Origin: a virus
Lineage: Duplodnaviria > Heunggongvirae > Uroviricota > Caudoviricetes
DNA: 47,814 nucleotides
Virus record (IMG/VR): IMGVR_UViG_3300029305_003072
Strand: one strand, 5' to 3'
A program made the position numbers and the translations under genes. Positions 22,901 to 31,620 of the stretch are shown one piece after another. The first letter of the stretch is position 1, and every line of letters starts with the position of its first letter. The notes beneath the pieces are model-generated. The model did no database searches and was not told where the DNA came from. It saw only the letters and a program-made list of their open reading frames with translations.

Positions 22901-25017
22901 CTGAATTAATTGGCCATGATGAAGACCATGCATATGAAATTCCCACTTTAAATGTTACTACCGATGAATTAGAAGCAAATCCTGGATTATACTTAGAAGG
23001 TTTCTTCGAGGGTAGTTCCAAGATGAATACAGTTAAATTTATTGGCGGTAAATTAGGTTATAATAGTTACATCATTCTAAAGCAATTGTATACTTTAAAT
23101 AATAATGCTGGTAATGCCAATGTAACCATGACTGATGTTGAATGGTGTCCTTATACTCATTTAACTGAAGGTGACGTATTTGATGCTTCTAAGAAGTATT
23201 ACATTGATAATGGTCACTATGGATTTACTCTGTATAATCCTGATGGTTATGTCTATAATGAAAAGCAGTTCAATATTGATGTATTGAGTGGTGGCTTGTA
23301 TCGTGACGATGGACATGGCGGCCGCACTGAGGCTGGCGAATTTGCAGCAGACATTACTAATGTTGCCGATGATGCAATTACTATGTTAACCAATTTGTAT
23401 AGTAATCCTCGCTTCAAGGATGCTAGTGGTCTAAATAGACCTAATATTACTGGTGTAATTTATATCAATAATACTACTCCTATTGAAGAAAGTTCTATTC
23501 AGGATACTTTACAGATGTATTATCCTAACTTAACATTCTTCTTTGCTAACGTTACTCCTGCATACTCTGCTAAATTCGTTTTAGTAGATAAAGATACTGG
23601 TGCAGAAGGATTCGTTGATTACTTAAGTTCTGATGGATATGGACCTAGTGTTCAGAAGATTAGTCAAGAAGCTATGGCTGGGGATTCCACTTTGTGGTTT
23701 ACTAACCCATATAGCTTGTATAAAGTAGAAAGAGCCCACTGGGATTTCTATGGTTGGTCTACTTCTTCCAATGCCGCAGACAAGAGTAAAATTATTTATG
23801 GTGATATCAACGATGATATGACTGACGCAGAAAAGATTGCTGCTCATAATGTAGCTTGGATGGCTGCAAAATCTAAGCTGTTCGCAGCTGATAAGTTTGA
23901 CTATCCTTTCTATGCTATTTTAACTGAGCATGAATACGAAGCAGTCTTCTTAGATTACTTCGACCCAACATATAGACAAGTAGCTAAGGTTGCTTACAGT
24001 GATAAGGGTTCTTATATGAATGATAATGTTCCCGCACCTGTAAACCTAACTGCCGATGATTTGTATATGCGTAATGCATTTAAGGGCTGGACTAATGACA
24101 TTGAAAAGGCTAAAGTTATTTACGGTGAAAATGTTCCTGATGAAGAACTTCCTTTAATCAATGTTTCTATGTATCCTGCAACCAGAGATTATACATTCTA
24201 TGCGGTATATAAGAAGGAAAGTGTTTTTGCAAATGTAACTGACCCAGTGAAATACTTTAATTACACTGTAGGTTCTAGTTATACTGACGCATATGGTGAA
24301 GGCGGAACTTATGATTATTCTAATGGATACATTTTATCTTTGAAGCCTGAATATAAGAATGGCTTCTTGAAAGGTAAGATTACTTTACCAACTCGAACTC
24401 CTTCTGGCATTGATGGTGTAACCGCTGGACAACCAATCTATGAATATCGTGGATTCACTGAAGATGAGTATATTACTCATATCTTCTTTGATAGTGCAGC
24501 TACTTGTGAAGTTCGTATTATTTACAACAATTTCTTTGCTCGTATGAAAGCTTTGAAATATGTTGACTTCCCCGCAATGAAGAAGTTGAGAGTTATTAAT
24601 AATGGCGCTTTTGAAAGCTGTCCTTACTTTAGTAACTTTACATTCTGCGACCCATTAGTATTGATTCAAACTTACGCTTTCTCTGCTACTGGTAACTTAG
24701 CTGAACCTGTTGATTGCGTATTGAATCCAATGCTAAGAGATATTTTAGGTGGAGCAATTTCTTGGGGTATTGCATTGAAAACCTTAACTATTGGTGCAGA
24801 AAATTCTCCTTCTCAGTTAACTCAAGAAAAATGGTTAAAGAACAAGAGAGATGTCGCTTGTATCGAAAATGGTCAAGGCTCTAGACCTTCTGTCGTAACT
24901 ATTTATTGTCCATCTGGTATGGAAACCACTTGGAATGATTGGATTGTTGGTGGAGCTAATGGTCAACCATTCGTAACCGTTGACAGTATTGATAATATCT
25001 CTATTGTCGGAAAATAA
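16966..25017 (+). CDS. Giant multidomain protein (2683 aa): fibre-type N-terminus, LamG-like domain, CotH-like atypical kinase, leucine-rich repeats, InlB-B/Flg_new-like repeats, BspA-type LRR C-terminus
   Basis: Intact, TAG-free. CotH-like motifs are QGTSSEFYPRRNYKIK (about 19600), MKVDYMESS (about 19933), DSRGKN (21514) and WYPIFYDID (about 21580). LamG-like LYIYINGV...DLYKLRIYN lies at about 19010-19160, LRRs LTRLKLG and LPLLKEVNFCN follow, then repeats WDFYGWST and FKGWT..YTFYAVY, and C-terminal INNGAFESC..IQTYAF. Confidence 0.8.
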   Translation: MSENYGVKFIPVRGYDSKIQRAEVKDGWIYFATDSGKIYVDSQGQRTIMGSAGAAIYYGEVEKPEVNEDTGYATLPKSAVKGDPKKGDLILNSDGGFYKVELIGEENYTCELLSISGTGGGPGVSTTTRPSITLTLDNTNFINGQEAYFHIHAESALEADGVTPVDTTLNVVYSLGTRISDEVIDNYTTQTRTYKTGESDYEGVPGIIDDYIEIGSLLRESSSSVLSVYVQGANHDEKSRTRTVDLSTSALKLSQVSGYNPATRYPTSGFQIKCGVVGSLSKVLDFYYDDMNTPAETRVIEANVANSTQTFTVGTDKATHGYHTVRIELWQNTGTSSNPKRGLGVAPLQYEIAVIETSNANAKPVIWLGDYKAEYYNYDTIQIPFLVWDPANTNSTKVHLYKNNIELESSPREVKDFSKFDYWEIADAEMNALNSYQISCGETDEKFVKREIEFKVVKDPNRDMTVEQAGLLLDFSATGRSNSESAAKRQLWSYTLNGEKKNAIFENFNWYNNGWMMDSSINQSCLRISNGARLTIPFQQMVFAAGVSGQESHTVEMQFRIRNVQKYDNLITNITRYQGDGVWYEAFKAQKDTGYSNYDAYLQATLDPDTYDNLKFQTVEKNINITNVAAGLYDYDATNVKATGFCVGTQDAFFSNGENTVNVNFVEDELINLSFVYQDSLKYLYIYINGVITGVIKSTDPDAFTINSGNFVFDSSNCDIDLYKLRIYNSDLNVNQIVQNFSVDRKNVKIFDQSNAYALAEENNNLKEFQFSYEAMLRYNEAHPNEPLMPYIIYDTGNATLPYSKDDTKYISVEFVNTNLERAYANGELETLARADGLIAEGETDSDKIKEGVRLYYKHHCPSWISTMTSGDKVEFAVQGTSSEFYPRRNYKIKTKVEGEFNWKPIADFTDKEKAELKPEELEKLNAESGLYMEEDSLNIFLNRGPYAEVFVSDKAKLAQDSKYLGHEECRCADGWYMNNYTNGTDRWTMKVDYMESSGSYNAGFASMVGNGYTKHPLQDYLALLNNTNKLEPVVDSSVIKGIQWGDYRTSLLGFPVMAFQKTGSGDNAKYTFIGFYRMLLDKSSTQVLGFKPSKKVTNKLFPKGLNDEGKMEYKAVRDVAECWEFSNNARGYCSYRDPWSRVELSFTPPTNSTVSNGGYNANEAPVVANSFEYRYHSKDDYIDILYNFKQATQGELDEVAEELGTGTIPKGDLEAGAKALLSTHTNWEKVCKWLWSTNLDAVVSQGTYSKVPVGDTAYEPGVYYVVDGDSYAISNADFDENTTYYVKSEVNYDVISLTAETYISGKYYILNADGEYVIDASTFDANKIYYEQVIEDRYIPVNVCPAEYVYVKGKFYVLTAGGNTVSTTDDVYALSNEEFAGGTTYYEFKDDTLDTLNSRFDLLIAPVDIENATYDANTQYYTWHGMDYDMNDAANGVVINPGHPTGAVRAVETPSQEDWAKGLYYVAAPKEYAGKVYTHDTKEYRAAKFTNEFEDHFDPEYVATYFVMTEVMELYDSRGKNCMMASWGPHEAGGEYIWYPIFYDIDTQLGINNTGIPSFEFNVDATEAGNFSTSDSILWNNFYKFFKDTWIVPKYRNLRGNDTPKFAKLLNADGTSKAPLQSVDYIEKWYTFNPDATNNIACEGERPLLATNLDMYFKYITICNPKAKEEGVAHLGGEGSGGAFAEPDTGTYFYALQGDRSQSRQQFVGNRLEYIDSWLTQGNYARGGANRLWGRISANNRSDLDSDITDVHSDKWTNSVDDPYWVNNVPFGTKTHEFDSEYWIEPTPIRSAYVTAGDDSMNYPSKKYDGIHKMQFVLNELENGIKNSDNYPEQLLYIYGTNQMSDFGDLSKMYWTEFKLEGKADKLTRLKLGHDGTTIDYKDSNASTKTEIGWYNKKLNGITVPTSLPLLKEVNFCNIGLVNETALDFSSSEKMENFRATGASNLTSVTFADGVALNTLYLPASVGSLALTQANLLTELIGHDEDHAYEIPTLNVTTDELEANPGLYLEGFFEGSSKMNTVKFIGGKLGYNSYIILKQLYTLNNNAGNANVTMTDVEWCPYTHLTEGDVFDASKKYYIDNGHYGFTLYNPDGYVYNEKQFNIDVLSGGLYRDDGHGGRTEAGEFAADITNVADDAITMLTNLYSNPRFKDASGLNRPNITGVIYINNTTPIEESSIQDTLQMYYPNLTFFFANVTPAYSAKFVLVDKDTGAEGFVDYLSSDGYGPSVQKISQEAMAGDSTLWFTNPYSLYKVERAHWDFYGWSTSSNAADKSKIIYGDINDDMTDAEKIAAHNVAWMAAKSKLFAADKFDYPFYAILTEHEYEAVFLDYFDPTYRQVAKVAYSDKGSYMNDNVPAPVNLTADDLYMRNAFKGWTNDIEKAKVIYGENVPDEELPLINVSMYPATRDYTFYAVYKKESVFANVTDPVKYFNYTVGSSYTDAYGEGGTYDYSNGYILSLKPEYKNGFLKGKITLPTRTPSGIDGVTAGQPIYEYRGFTEDEYITHIFFDSAATCEVRIIYNNFFARMKALKYVDFPAMKKLRVINNGAFESCPYFSNFTFCDPLVLIQTYAFSATGNLAEPVDCVLNPMLRDILGGAISWGIALKTLTIGAENSPSQLTQEKWLKNKRDVACIENGQGSRPSVVTIYCPSGMETTWNDWIVGGANGQPFVTVDSIDNISIVGK

Positions 25018-25033
25018 TAAAGGAGGATAAAAA

Positions 25034-25243
25034 ATGACTAAACAAGTTTTATATACTTACTTAGGTACTAATGGTACTATTTGTTCTCCTGTGCATTTAG
25101 AAGATGTTTATTATATTAGAAAATATCGTCTAACTGCAGACCAGGGTAAGCGTTTGACTTGCGATGGCAAGACTTACCATGATACCGTAGTAATTCCAGA
25201 AGCTGACCTTCCTCTTTGGAAAGAAGTTGCTGGACAGAAATAA
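25034..25243 (+). CDS. Small hypothetical protein (69 aa), probable partner/chaperone of the giant protein
   Basis: RBS AGGAGG directly after the giant gene, with an LTADQGKRLT motif. The function is inferred from position. Confidence 0.75.
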   Translation: MTKQVLYTYLGTNGTICSPVHLEDVYYIRKYRLTADQGKRLTCDGKTYHDTVVIPEADLPLWKEVAGQK

Positions 25244-25278
25244 TTTAATTATTTAATTAAATTATCAAAATAATAGAG
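25230..25278 (+). promoter_or_regulatory. Recurrent upstream motif copy 2 (CTGGAC-N37-ATAGAG)
   Basis: Overlaps the last codons of the upstream gene and is followed immediately by the hairpin GAGGGAGAG-agtaat-CTCTCCCTC (25276-25299). Confidence 0.4.
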
Positions 25279-25329
25279 GGAGAGAGTAATCTCTCCCTCG
25301 CAAATTTAAAGAAAGGATGATATTTAGAA

Positions 25330-27261
25330 ATGATTACTTCTATTAAAAATGCAGATTATTCATTCCTTTTTGCAGATGCTGGAAAGCTACTGTTAGAGCT
25401 GGATAGCCAGGGAAAATTGAAGACTCCTCTGCAGCAAGCTGAAAAAGACGAATTAAATCAATTCGATCGTTTCTCTTCTTTGGAGAAGTATTTTACCCGT
25501 TTGGGAGACTTGGTCGATAATGCTGATAACCCAATTAAATATTTAATGTTGCCTTTAGATGAACCTTGTTTAGAGGTAAATGCTAATACTAGAATTATTA
25601 CTATTCCTGATGGTTTCAAGAAATACGGCGCTGGCGTTCAAGGTGACGTAATTGCCGAGACTTTGTTCTTACGCATTGACCGCTTCTTCGATTCTATGGA
25701 CTTCATGATGACTGAGCCTTATATTCAGTGGAAGCTGAAAAATGGTGAGCAGGGCGCAACTCCTATTCCTTATATGGATTATGAGAGCGAGCATCATTTA
25801 GGTAAGTTGATTTTGGTATGGCCTTTAACTGGTGCAGTTACCGCACAAGAAGGTCCTGTTGAATTCTCTTTACGTTTCTTAAAGAGAGATGGCGACAAGG
25901 TTGTTTATAGCTGGAACTCTGTTCCTGCAACTATCACTATTAAGCAGGCATTAAAGCCCGTAGTTGATTATGTTGAATATGATGATGCTGCTTCTTTATT
26001 TAAGCTAGCAATTGAAAATAGTGAGCATACTTCTGATAGTGATACTGTAGACCCACCTTCCTTCGATGCTCCTGGCTATTCTATTGGTTTTGAAAACAAT
26101 GTTATTCATTTGGATAAGAATAACGCTGTAACTTTGGCTGGTCAAGCTTGGGTTGAAGGTCAGGGACATTTGTCTTATGATTGGGAGTACAGTAACTTAA
26201 CTGGCAATATTGTCGTTGCTGGTATCAATGTTCAAGGTGCTGAAACTACAGCTTTCAAGGAAACTGAAGATGATGCTCCAGTTGAGTATAAGGTTTACTA
26301 TGTACAAAACGCAAGTGCTACTCCTTATGGATATGAGGAATTGCCTCATAATCAGTTCGAAACCACTAAGGAAGAGAATATCGCTATTTATGAGCGTTAT
26401 GCCATTTATAGAATTACTGAAAGCATTAGTCCTGCTGCTGATGCTCCTGGTGTTGTAACTGGTACTTACAAGCTAATTGCTAAACATAAGCTAGGATTCC
26501 CTTCTGCTTCTAAGTCTTTGAGTGTTACTATTCCTGGTCCCGAGGTTTTGGAATTCGTTTCTGGTGATAAAGACGCTGATGAAAAAGCTTTAGGATTGCC
26601 TGCAAATGGTATTTTACTAGATGAAAATGATGGCTTAACATTGAATGTTGAAGTTAAGAATGATGGTGCGCCTGCTGCAGCTTATCAGTCTATGACTTAT
26701 TTGTGGAAGAAGAATGTTAACGATGACAAAGAAGATGGCATGGTTGATGTTATTTCTCACACTTATGATAATAATACCGAGGGTAAGATTGGTAAAGTCA
26801 CTGATGATTTGACTTTAGAGACTGCTGAACCCGGCTGGTATAAGGTTTATGTTACTTCTATGTTGAACCGCGATGATATTGCTATTGAGAGTAATGTTGC
26901 TCGTGTGACTAGAGCTCCAGAAGCTCCAGTCTTGAAATATCCTGCTTCTTCTGAATATTCTAAGCAGCTTGAGGCTCAAGCATTCCCCAACCGCTTAGTT
27001 GAAATTGTGATTGAGCATGAGGCTTTTGATGAGCCTGTAGCTTTACACTCTGATAGACTAATCTATGAGTGGTACGATGAAGATAAGCTATTGACTCAGG
27101 ACACTCCTGGTGTTAGCTTTGATGGCAATAAGCTATTGATTGATGGTAGTAACATTCATGGTGACGTTATGTTCATCCATTGCTATGTAACTAATGAATT
27201 AAATGGTGCCTACTCCGCAAGAGAAGATGCTCACTCTGGTAACTTTGTTGTAAGTTTCTAA
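25330..27261 (+). CDS. BppU-like (baseplate upper protein N-terminal type) protein with Ig-like domains (643 aa)
   Basis: Intact, TAG-free. It has LFLRIDRFFDSMDF...WPLTGAVTAQEGPVEFSLRF, similar to the next gene, then repeated Ig/PKD-like segments (YDWEY, TYLWKK, IYEWY). Confidence 0.65.
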   Translation: MITSIKNADYSFLFADAGKLLLELDSQGKLKTPLQQAEKDELNQFDRFSSLEKYFTRLGDLVDNADNPIKYLMLPLDEPCLEVNANTRIITIPDGFKKYGAGVQGDVIAETLFLRIDRFFDSMDFMMTEPYIQWKLKNGEQGATPIPYMDYESEHHLGKLILVWPLTGAVTAQEGPVEFSLRFLKRDGDKVVYSWNSVPATITIKQALKPVVDYVEYDDAASLFKLAIENSEHTSDSDTVDPPSFDAPGYSIGFENNVIHLDKNNAVTLAGQAWVEGQGHLSYDWEYSNLTGNIVVAGINVQGAETTAFKETEDDAPVEYKVYYVQNASATPYGYEELPHNQFETTKEENIAIYERYAIYRITESISPAADAPGVVTGTYKLIAKHKLGFPSASKSLSVTIPGPEVLEFVSGDKDADEKALGLPANGILLDENDGLTLNVEVKNDGAPAAAYQSMTYLWKKNVNDDKEDGMVDVISHTYDNNTEGKIGKVTDDLTLETAEPGWYKVYVTSMLNRDDIAIESNVARVTRAPEAPVLKYPASSEYSKQLEAQAFPNRLVEIVIEHEAFDEPVALHSDRLIYEWYDEDKLLTQDTPGVSFDGNKLLIDGSNIHGDVMFIHCYVTNELNGAYSAREDAHSGNFVVSF

Positions 27262-27282
27262 TAACTTGAAAGGAGAGGTAAA

Positions 27283-27870
27283 ATGATTATTTCAACCGAA
27301 GAATATTATAAGTATCTTGCTTATATTCAATCAAACAATCGGCCAACAATTGCTATTTTACCTTCGTCTGAAAAAGTCTACAATATTGACTTAAAAACTC
27401 GTCAAATTGAAACGCCAGAGTATCTGAGTGTTGAACATGACCATAAATCTGAAACGGTCTATTTTAAAGTAGACCGTTTCTTTGATTATATGGACTTGTC
27501 ACAAACAGTATGCATCGTTCAATATGTAACCGCAGATAATAAGGCTCGCATTTATGCAGTACCTTTTTATGATGTTACTTCTTATGCTGACGAGGAAAAA
27601 ATGTTGATTCCTTGGTGTATTGATGGCGGTGCAACTGCGGTCGCAGGTACAGTCCAATATTCAATTCGATTCTACAAGGTTGATGAAGTAGGACAGCAAT
27701 TTATTTATAACTTAAACACTCGTCCAACAAAGAGTAAAGTATTATATGGTATGGATGTTCAAAAAATTAATCATGATTATGATTTAGCTCCTACTGTATA
27801 TGATGAAATTATCCAAAAGTTGGATGAATTTAGTGAAGCTTTAGGTAGCTTCTGGGAAGAGTTATATTGA
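27283..27870 (+). CDS. BppU N-terminal-like baseplate protein (195 aa)
   Basis: Intact ORF ending in TGA, with VYFKVDRFFDYMDLS...WCIDGGATAVAGTVQYSIRFY. It is paralogous to the N-terminus of 25330-27261. Confidence 0.65.
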   Translation: MIISTEEYYKYLAYIQSNNRPTIAILPSSEKVYNIDLKTRQIETPEYLSVEHDHKSETVYFKVDRFFDYMDLSQTVCIVQYVTADNKARIYAVPFYDVTSYADEEKMLIPWCIDGGATAVAGTVQYSIRFYKVDEVGQQFIYNLNTRPTKSKVLYGMDVQKINHDYDLAPTVYDEIIQKLDEFSEALGSFWEELY

Positions 27871-27877
27871 TAGTTTT

Positions 27878-27909
27878 AGGGAGAGATTTTATATCTCTCC
27901 CTTTTTTTT
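27878..27909 (+). terminator. Intrinsic terminator
   Basis: AGGGAGAGAT-loop-ATCTCTCCCT followed by a T-run. Confidence 0.8.
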
Positions 27910-27911
27910 AT

Positions 27912-27960
27912 TTGGCCCAAAAGGGAAAAATAGATTATTTTAAATCTCAGTATTAATAGA
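27912..27960 (+). promoter_or_regulatory. Recurrent upstream motif copy 3 (TTGGCC-N38-ATAGA)
   Basis: Lies directly after a terminator and before an RBS, the position expected for a promoter. Contains AGATTA. Confidence 0.45.
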
Positions 27961-27988
27961 ACAAATTAGAGGGAAAGGAGGCAGTTTC

Positions 27989-28873
27989 GTGGCTGATTTA
28001 GCTTTACAGTTTAAGTAGGGTCAATATGCTTCAGGTAAGTTTGATAATTCAAATGCAAATCATTTGAAACACGAAGCTGGTACCCTTTATCTTGCAACTA
28101 ATGAAGATTATTCTGCTTATTTATTATTTGATGATGGCGTTAACTTTTTGAATATTATTCCATAGATGTTAGGTTATCACCACGGTGGTACTGGTGTTGA
28201 TTTATCAAAGAATACTCCCGCAAATGCAGTTTTAATTCAGAATACTACTTTAAATGGTATTGCTAGTGTTGCAAGTGCAAAAGGTGCTTTTTATTCTACT
28301 GGAACAAATTTAACACCTCAATTTGGAACATTGCCTGTCAATGTTGGTGGTACCGGTATTACTACTGCAACAGCTGGTGGTATTTTATATGGTAATGGAA
28401 CTAATGCTTTCAAAGTAACGGCAAAAGGCGCAAAATCTGCTATCTTAGTCGGTGGTAATGGAACTCCCGCATTTGCGGCTCCCGCAGTTTCTTGGATTGC
28501 AGGTACAACTGCAGGTCCCACATTTAGATTTGCATTAAATGGAACAAATTTTGATGCAGTTATTCCTTCTGCTTCAACTACTGCTTCTGGTATTATTACT
28601 AATGATATTCAAACCATTGGAGGCCATAAAACTTTCAATGATGGTCTTACTATTAATGGTACTGCAAAATTTAATGGTGGATTTTAGATTGTTGGTGGTA
28701 TTGATGCATATTATAATTCTTCTAGTGACCAATCTGTCGGTTCATTAGAAGTTATTGGTGGTATTACCGCCACAATGAATATGCGTGTTGACGGAGGAGC
28801 TATTCAATTTAAAAAAGCTGGTAAAATTCAATATGATGATACAAAAGAATGTTTTAATTTTGTATTCGCATAA
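27989..28873 (+). CDS. Tail fibre protein, cassette 1 (294 aa, TAG=Gln)
   Basis: GTG start with RBS AAAGGAGG, 3 TAG (28016, 28163, 28685), TAA at 28871. It has LPVNVGGTG and QTIGGHKTF fibre motifs, and its C-terminus IQYDDTKECFNFVFA matches that of 31694-33946. Confidence 0.8.
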
Positions 28874-28885
28874 GGTGGTGGCAAT

Positions 28886-31303
28886 ATGAGTTTACAAGTA
28901 TGGTTACCATTAAATAATCATATTAATAACCAAGGATTAAATACTATTCGTTTTAAAAGCTCAAATGTTTCTTACACTCAAGGTAAGTTGGGCTATTGCG
29001 CTAGTGGCACCATTCAAGGAACTGCCGCAGAATTAAATTCAACAGATGGTTTTTGTTGTAGTTTCTGGTGGAATATTGCCAATGGAGATAGCTATAATAT
29101 TAAATTTCCTATTACTAACACAGGTATTGATGATATTTTTAATATGGCAAAAATGGATTATACTTCCAATTATGCTATTAAATTACATTGCAATAATAAC
29201 AAACCTCAAATGATTTGGATTTATGATACTCGTTCTACTTCTGGAGTATGGGAGCTTGGAACCTGGAATCATTATGTTATTAATGTTAATAATGGAGATT
29301 TCGGTGTATAGGTAAAAGTATTTGTAAATGGAGCTTTAAAACATCAATACAATAGCGCTGATTATAATTTTACATTACGCCCTGGTACCATTAGTATTAG
29401 TGGAACAGCAAAAATGAATGATTTTAGATTATATGACCATCCACTTTGTCTAAAAGAAATTGATGAATTAAGTAGAGGTCTAATGCTTCATTATCCTTTA
29501 CGAGATAGTACTTTACAAAGCACAACTAATTATTTATTGTATCCAACCCCTGGTAGTAGAGTAAGTGCTGGATGGGACTCTTCTTTACATCCAAATGCTA
29601 TTAATGTATCTGGATTTACTGCAGGGTATAACAGTGGTGTTGATTCACCAACAATTGGTTATCATGCCTATTGGAATGTTATAGATGACGTGCCTACAAT
29701 GGTGTTTCCAAATTTAAATTCAGCATATAATTATAAAGGCCGTTGGTTAGGAATTTCTTCATGGGGTACTGTTAATTTAGCGTAGGCGATTGGTAAAGGT
29801 AATAAATATACTATTTCTTTTGAAGCTAAAAGTGATATAAAAGGTAAAACAGTACAGTTTGGTTTATATTATAGAAAAAATGGAGCAACTTCAAATAACT
29901 TCCATGATGGACAACATTAGTAGAGCTTAACTACAACTTGGAAAAAATATTCATACACTTGGACTCTTGGACAAGACGGTGATAGTTCTAATGTGGGAGC
30001 AGTATATATGTATGGTCATTATGGTATTGAAGGAACTGCTTATGTAAGAAATATTTAGTTAGAAATTAATGACCATGCAACAGATTATGTTTCTGGTAGT
30101 AGAGAAGCTTCTAAGGTCTATGACTGTTCGGGTTTTGGACATCACGGTCGTGTAGTAGGAGCAGTATCGATGATGCCAGATTCTAGTCGCAATAAATATT
30201 CTGCATACATCACAGATGGTCGTAGTAATTATATTGCAAGTGATACTATGATATTTCCAAAAGATAGTATAACTATGAGTTGCTGGGTTAAAGGTAGTAA
30301 CGCAGGATATAGTAATTATCATATTCCATTAAGCTTTGGTAGTGCTAATTATGAATTTTCATTGGAGGGAACGACTGGTAAATTCCGCGCTGGATATGTT
30401 ATTAGTGGAACTCGCTAGTGCGTAACAACAAATGGTACTACTATTGATGGGAAATGGCATATGATTACATCTACATTTGATGGAACAACTATTCGTAGAT
30501 ATGTTGATGGAATACCTTTAACATCTACTGCGGCCGCAGGTACTTTATCCGGTGGTACTGGTAATTTATTGGTTGGTAATTATAATGGTACTACATATGG
30601 TAATAGTAAATTATATACTAGTGATGTTAGAATTTATGCTACAGCACTAGATGAACTATAGATTAAAGAATTATATTTAAATGGTGCCACTGTAGATAAT
30701 GGTGGTAATGTTTATGCTTATGAGTTCACTGAAGAGGGCGACAACTCAGTCTTTAAAGAAGGAGTAGTTGACTTTGAGAATTTTATTGAGTATAATATTA
30801 ATAAGATAATGAGATATGATGGTGATTTGTGGGTACAAATTTTACATCATAATAATAGAGCTGGTACTAAGTATTTTACACCATCTAATGCCGCCAATCA
30901 TACAGAAGAAGACTTATATAGTAGGCTTTATTTAACTGAATAGTTAAGAGGAGCTGATGGTGCATTTGAATTTTTAGTTTTGCAACCTGATGATGATGCA
31001 GGTACTGTATATAGATGGATTCAAACAAATAATCCAAACAATACAACTTCTGTAACAGGATTTAAAAACATTTCTAATATGAGTGGAGGATTAGTAAAAT
31101 GCTCGGGTAATACTCATTGGGCAATTTCAACCTCTACTGGAAATTGGTGGAATGCAGTGGGATGCTGGACCGCTTATAATGGAGGCATTCCTGGATTTGG
31201 TAAAAAAACTATTAAAGGGTCTTTAGATGTGTATGTAAAGTTAGATAAAAGAACAAGCTTTTTAATCGACTCTATTGAAACTCAAAACTATTATGAATTT
31301 TAA
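28886..31303 (+). CDS. LamG/concanavalin-like multidomain receptor-binding protein, cassette 1 (805 aa, TAG=Gln)
   Basis: 8 TAG (29309, 29783, 29918, 29921, 30056, 30416, 30659, 30941) join five track ORFs. The layout is LamG motifs (WNHY..., MNDFRLYD; WHM..TFDG..YVDG..SDVRIY), a central CBM-like segment (RNI*LE...ATDY) and a C-terminal domain with YRWIQTNNP. Confidence 0.8.
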
Positions 31304-31304
31304 C

Positions 31305-31353
31305 TTGGACTAATAAGATTAAAGTTCATGAAATAAACATCATTATTATTGAG
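31305..31353 (+). promoter_or_regulatory. Recurrent upstream motif copy 4 (TTGGAC-N37-ATTGAG)
   Basis: Intergenic, same spacing as the other copies, contains AGATTA. Confidence 0.4.
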
Positions 31354-31392
31354 AATAAATCTCAAAATTGAATTGAAAAGGAGATTACAATT

Positions 31393-31614
31393 ATGTTAAG
31401 AATGGACAATATGAATGTCAACTTTAATGGCGCTAGCGTAGTTGACGATGTTGTAGTCGCAAATATGAGCGCAAGTTATTCTGGTGCTGAGGTATATTTC
31501 AACATGACTATTATTGACTTGGATGGTTATAATGGTAACAAAGAAGTTGTTGAATTAGACTTTGATAATTTCAAGGATAAAGCCTTAGAGGGCATCAACG
31601 GAATTGCACTCTAA
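31393..31614 (+). CDS. Small hypothetical protein (73 aa)
   Basis: RBS AAAGGAG, intact ORF, followed by a terminator. Confidence 0.75.
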   Translation: MLRMDNMNVNFNGASVVDDVVVANMSASYSGAEVYFNMTIIDLDGYNGNKEVVELDFDNFKDKALEGINGIAL

Positions 31615-31620
31615 TAATTC

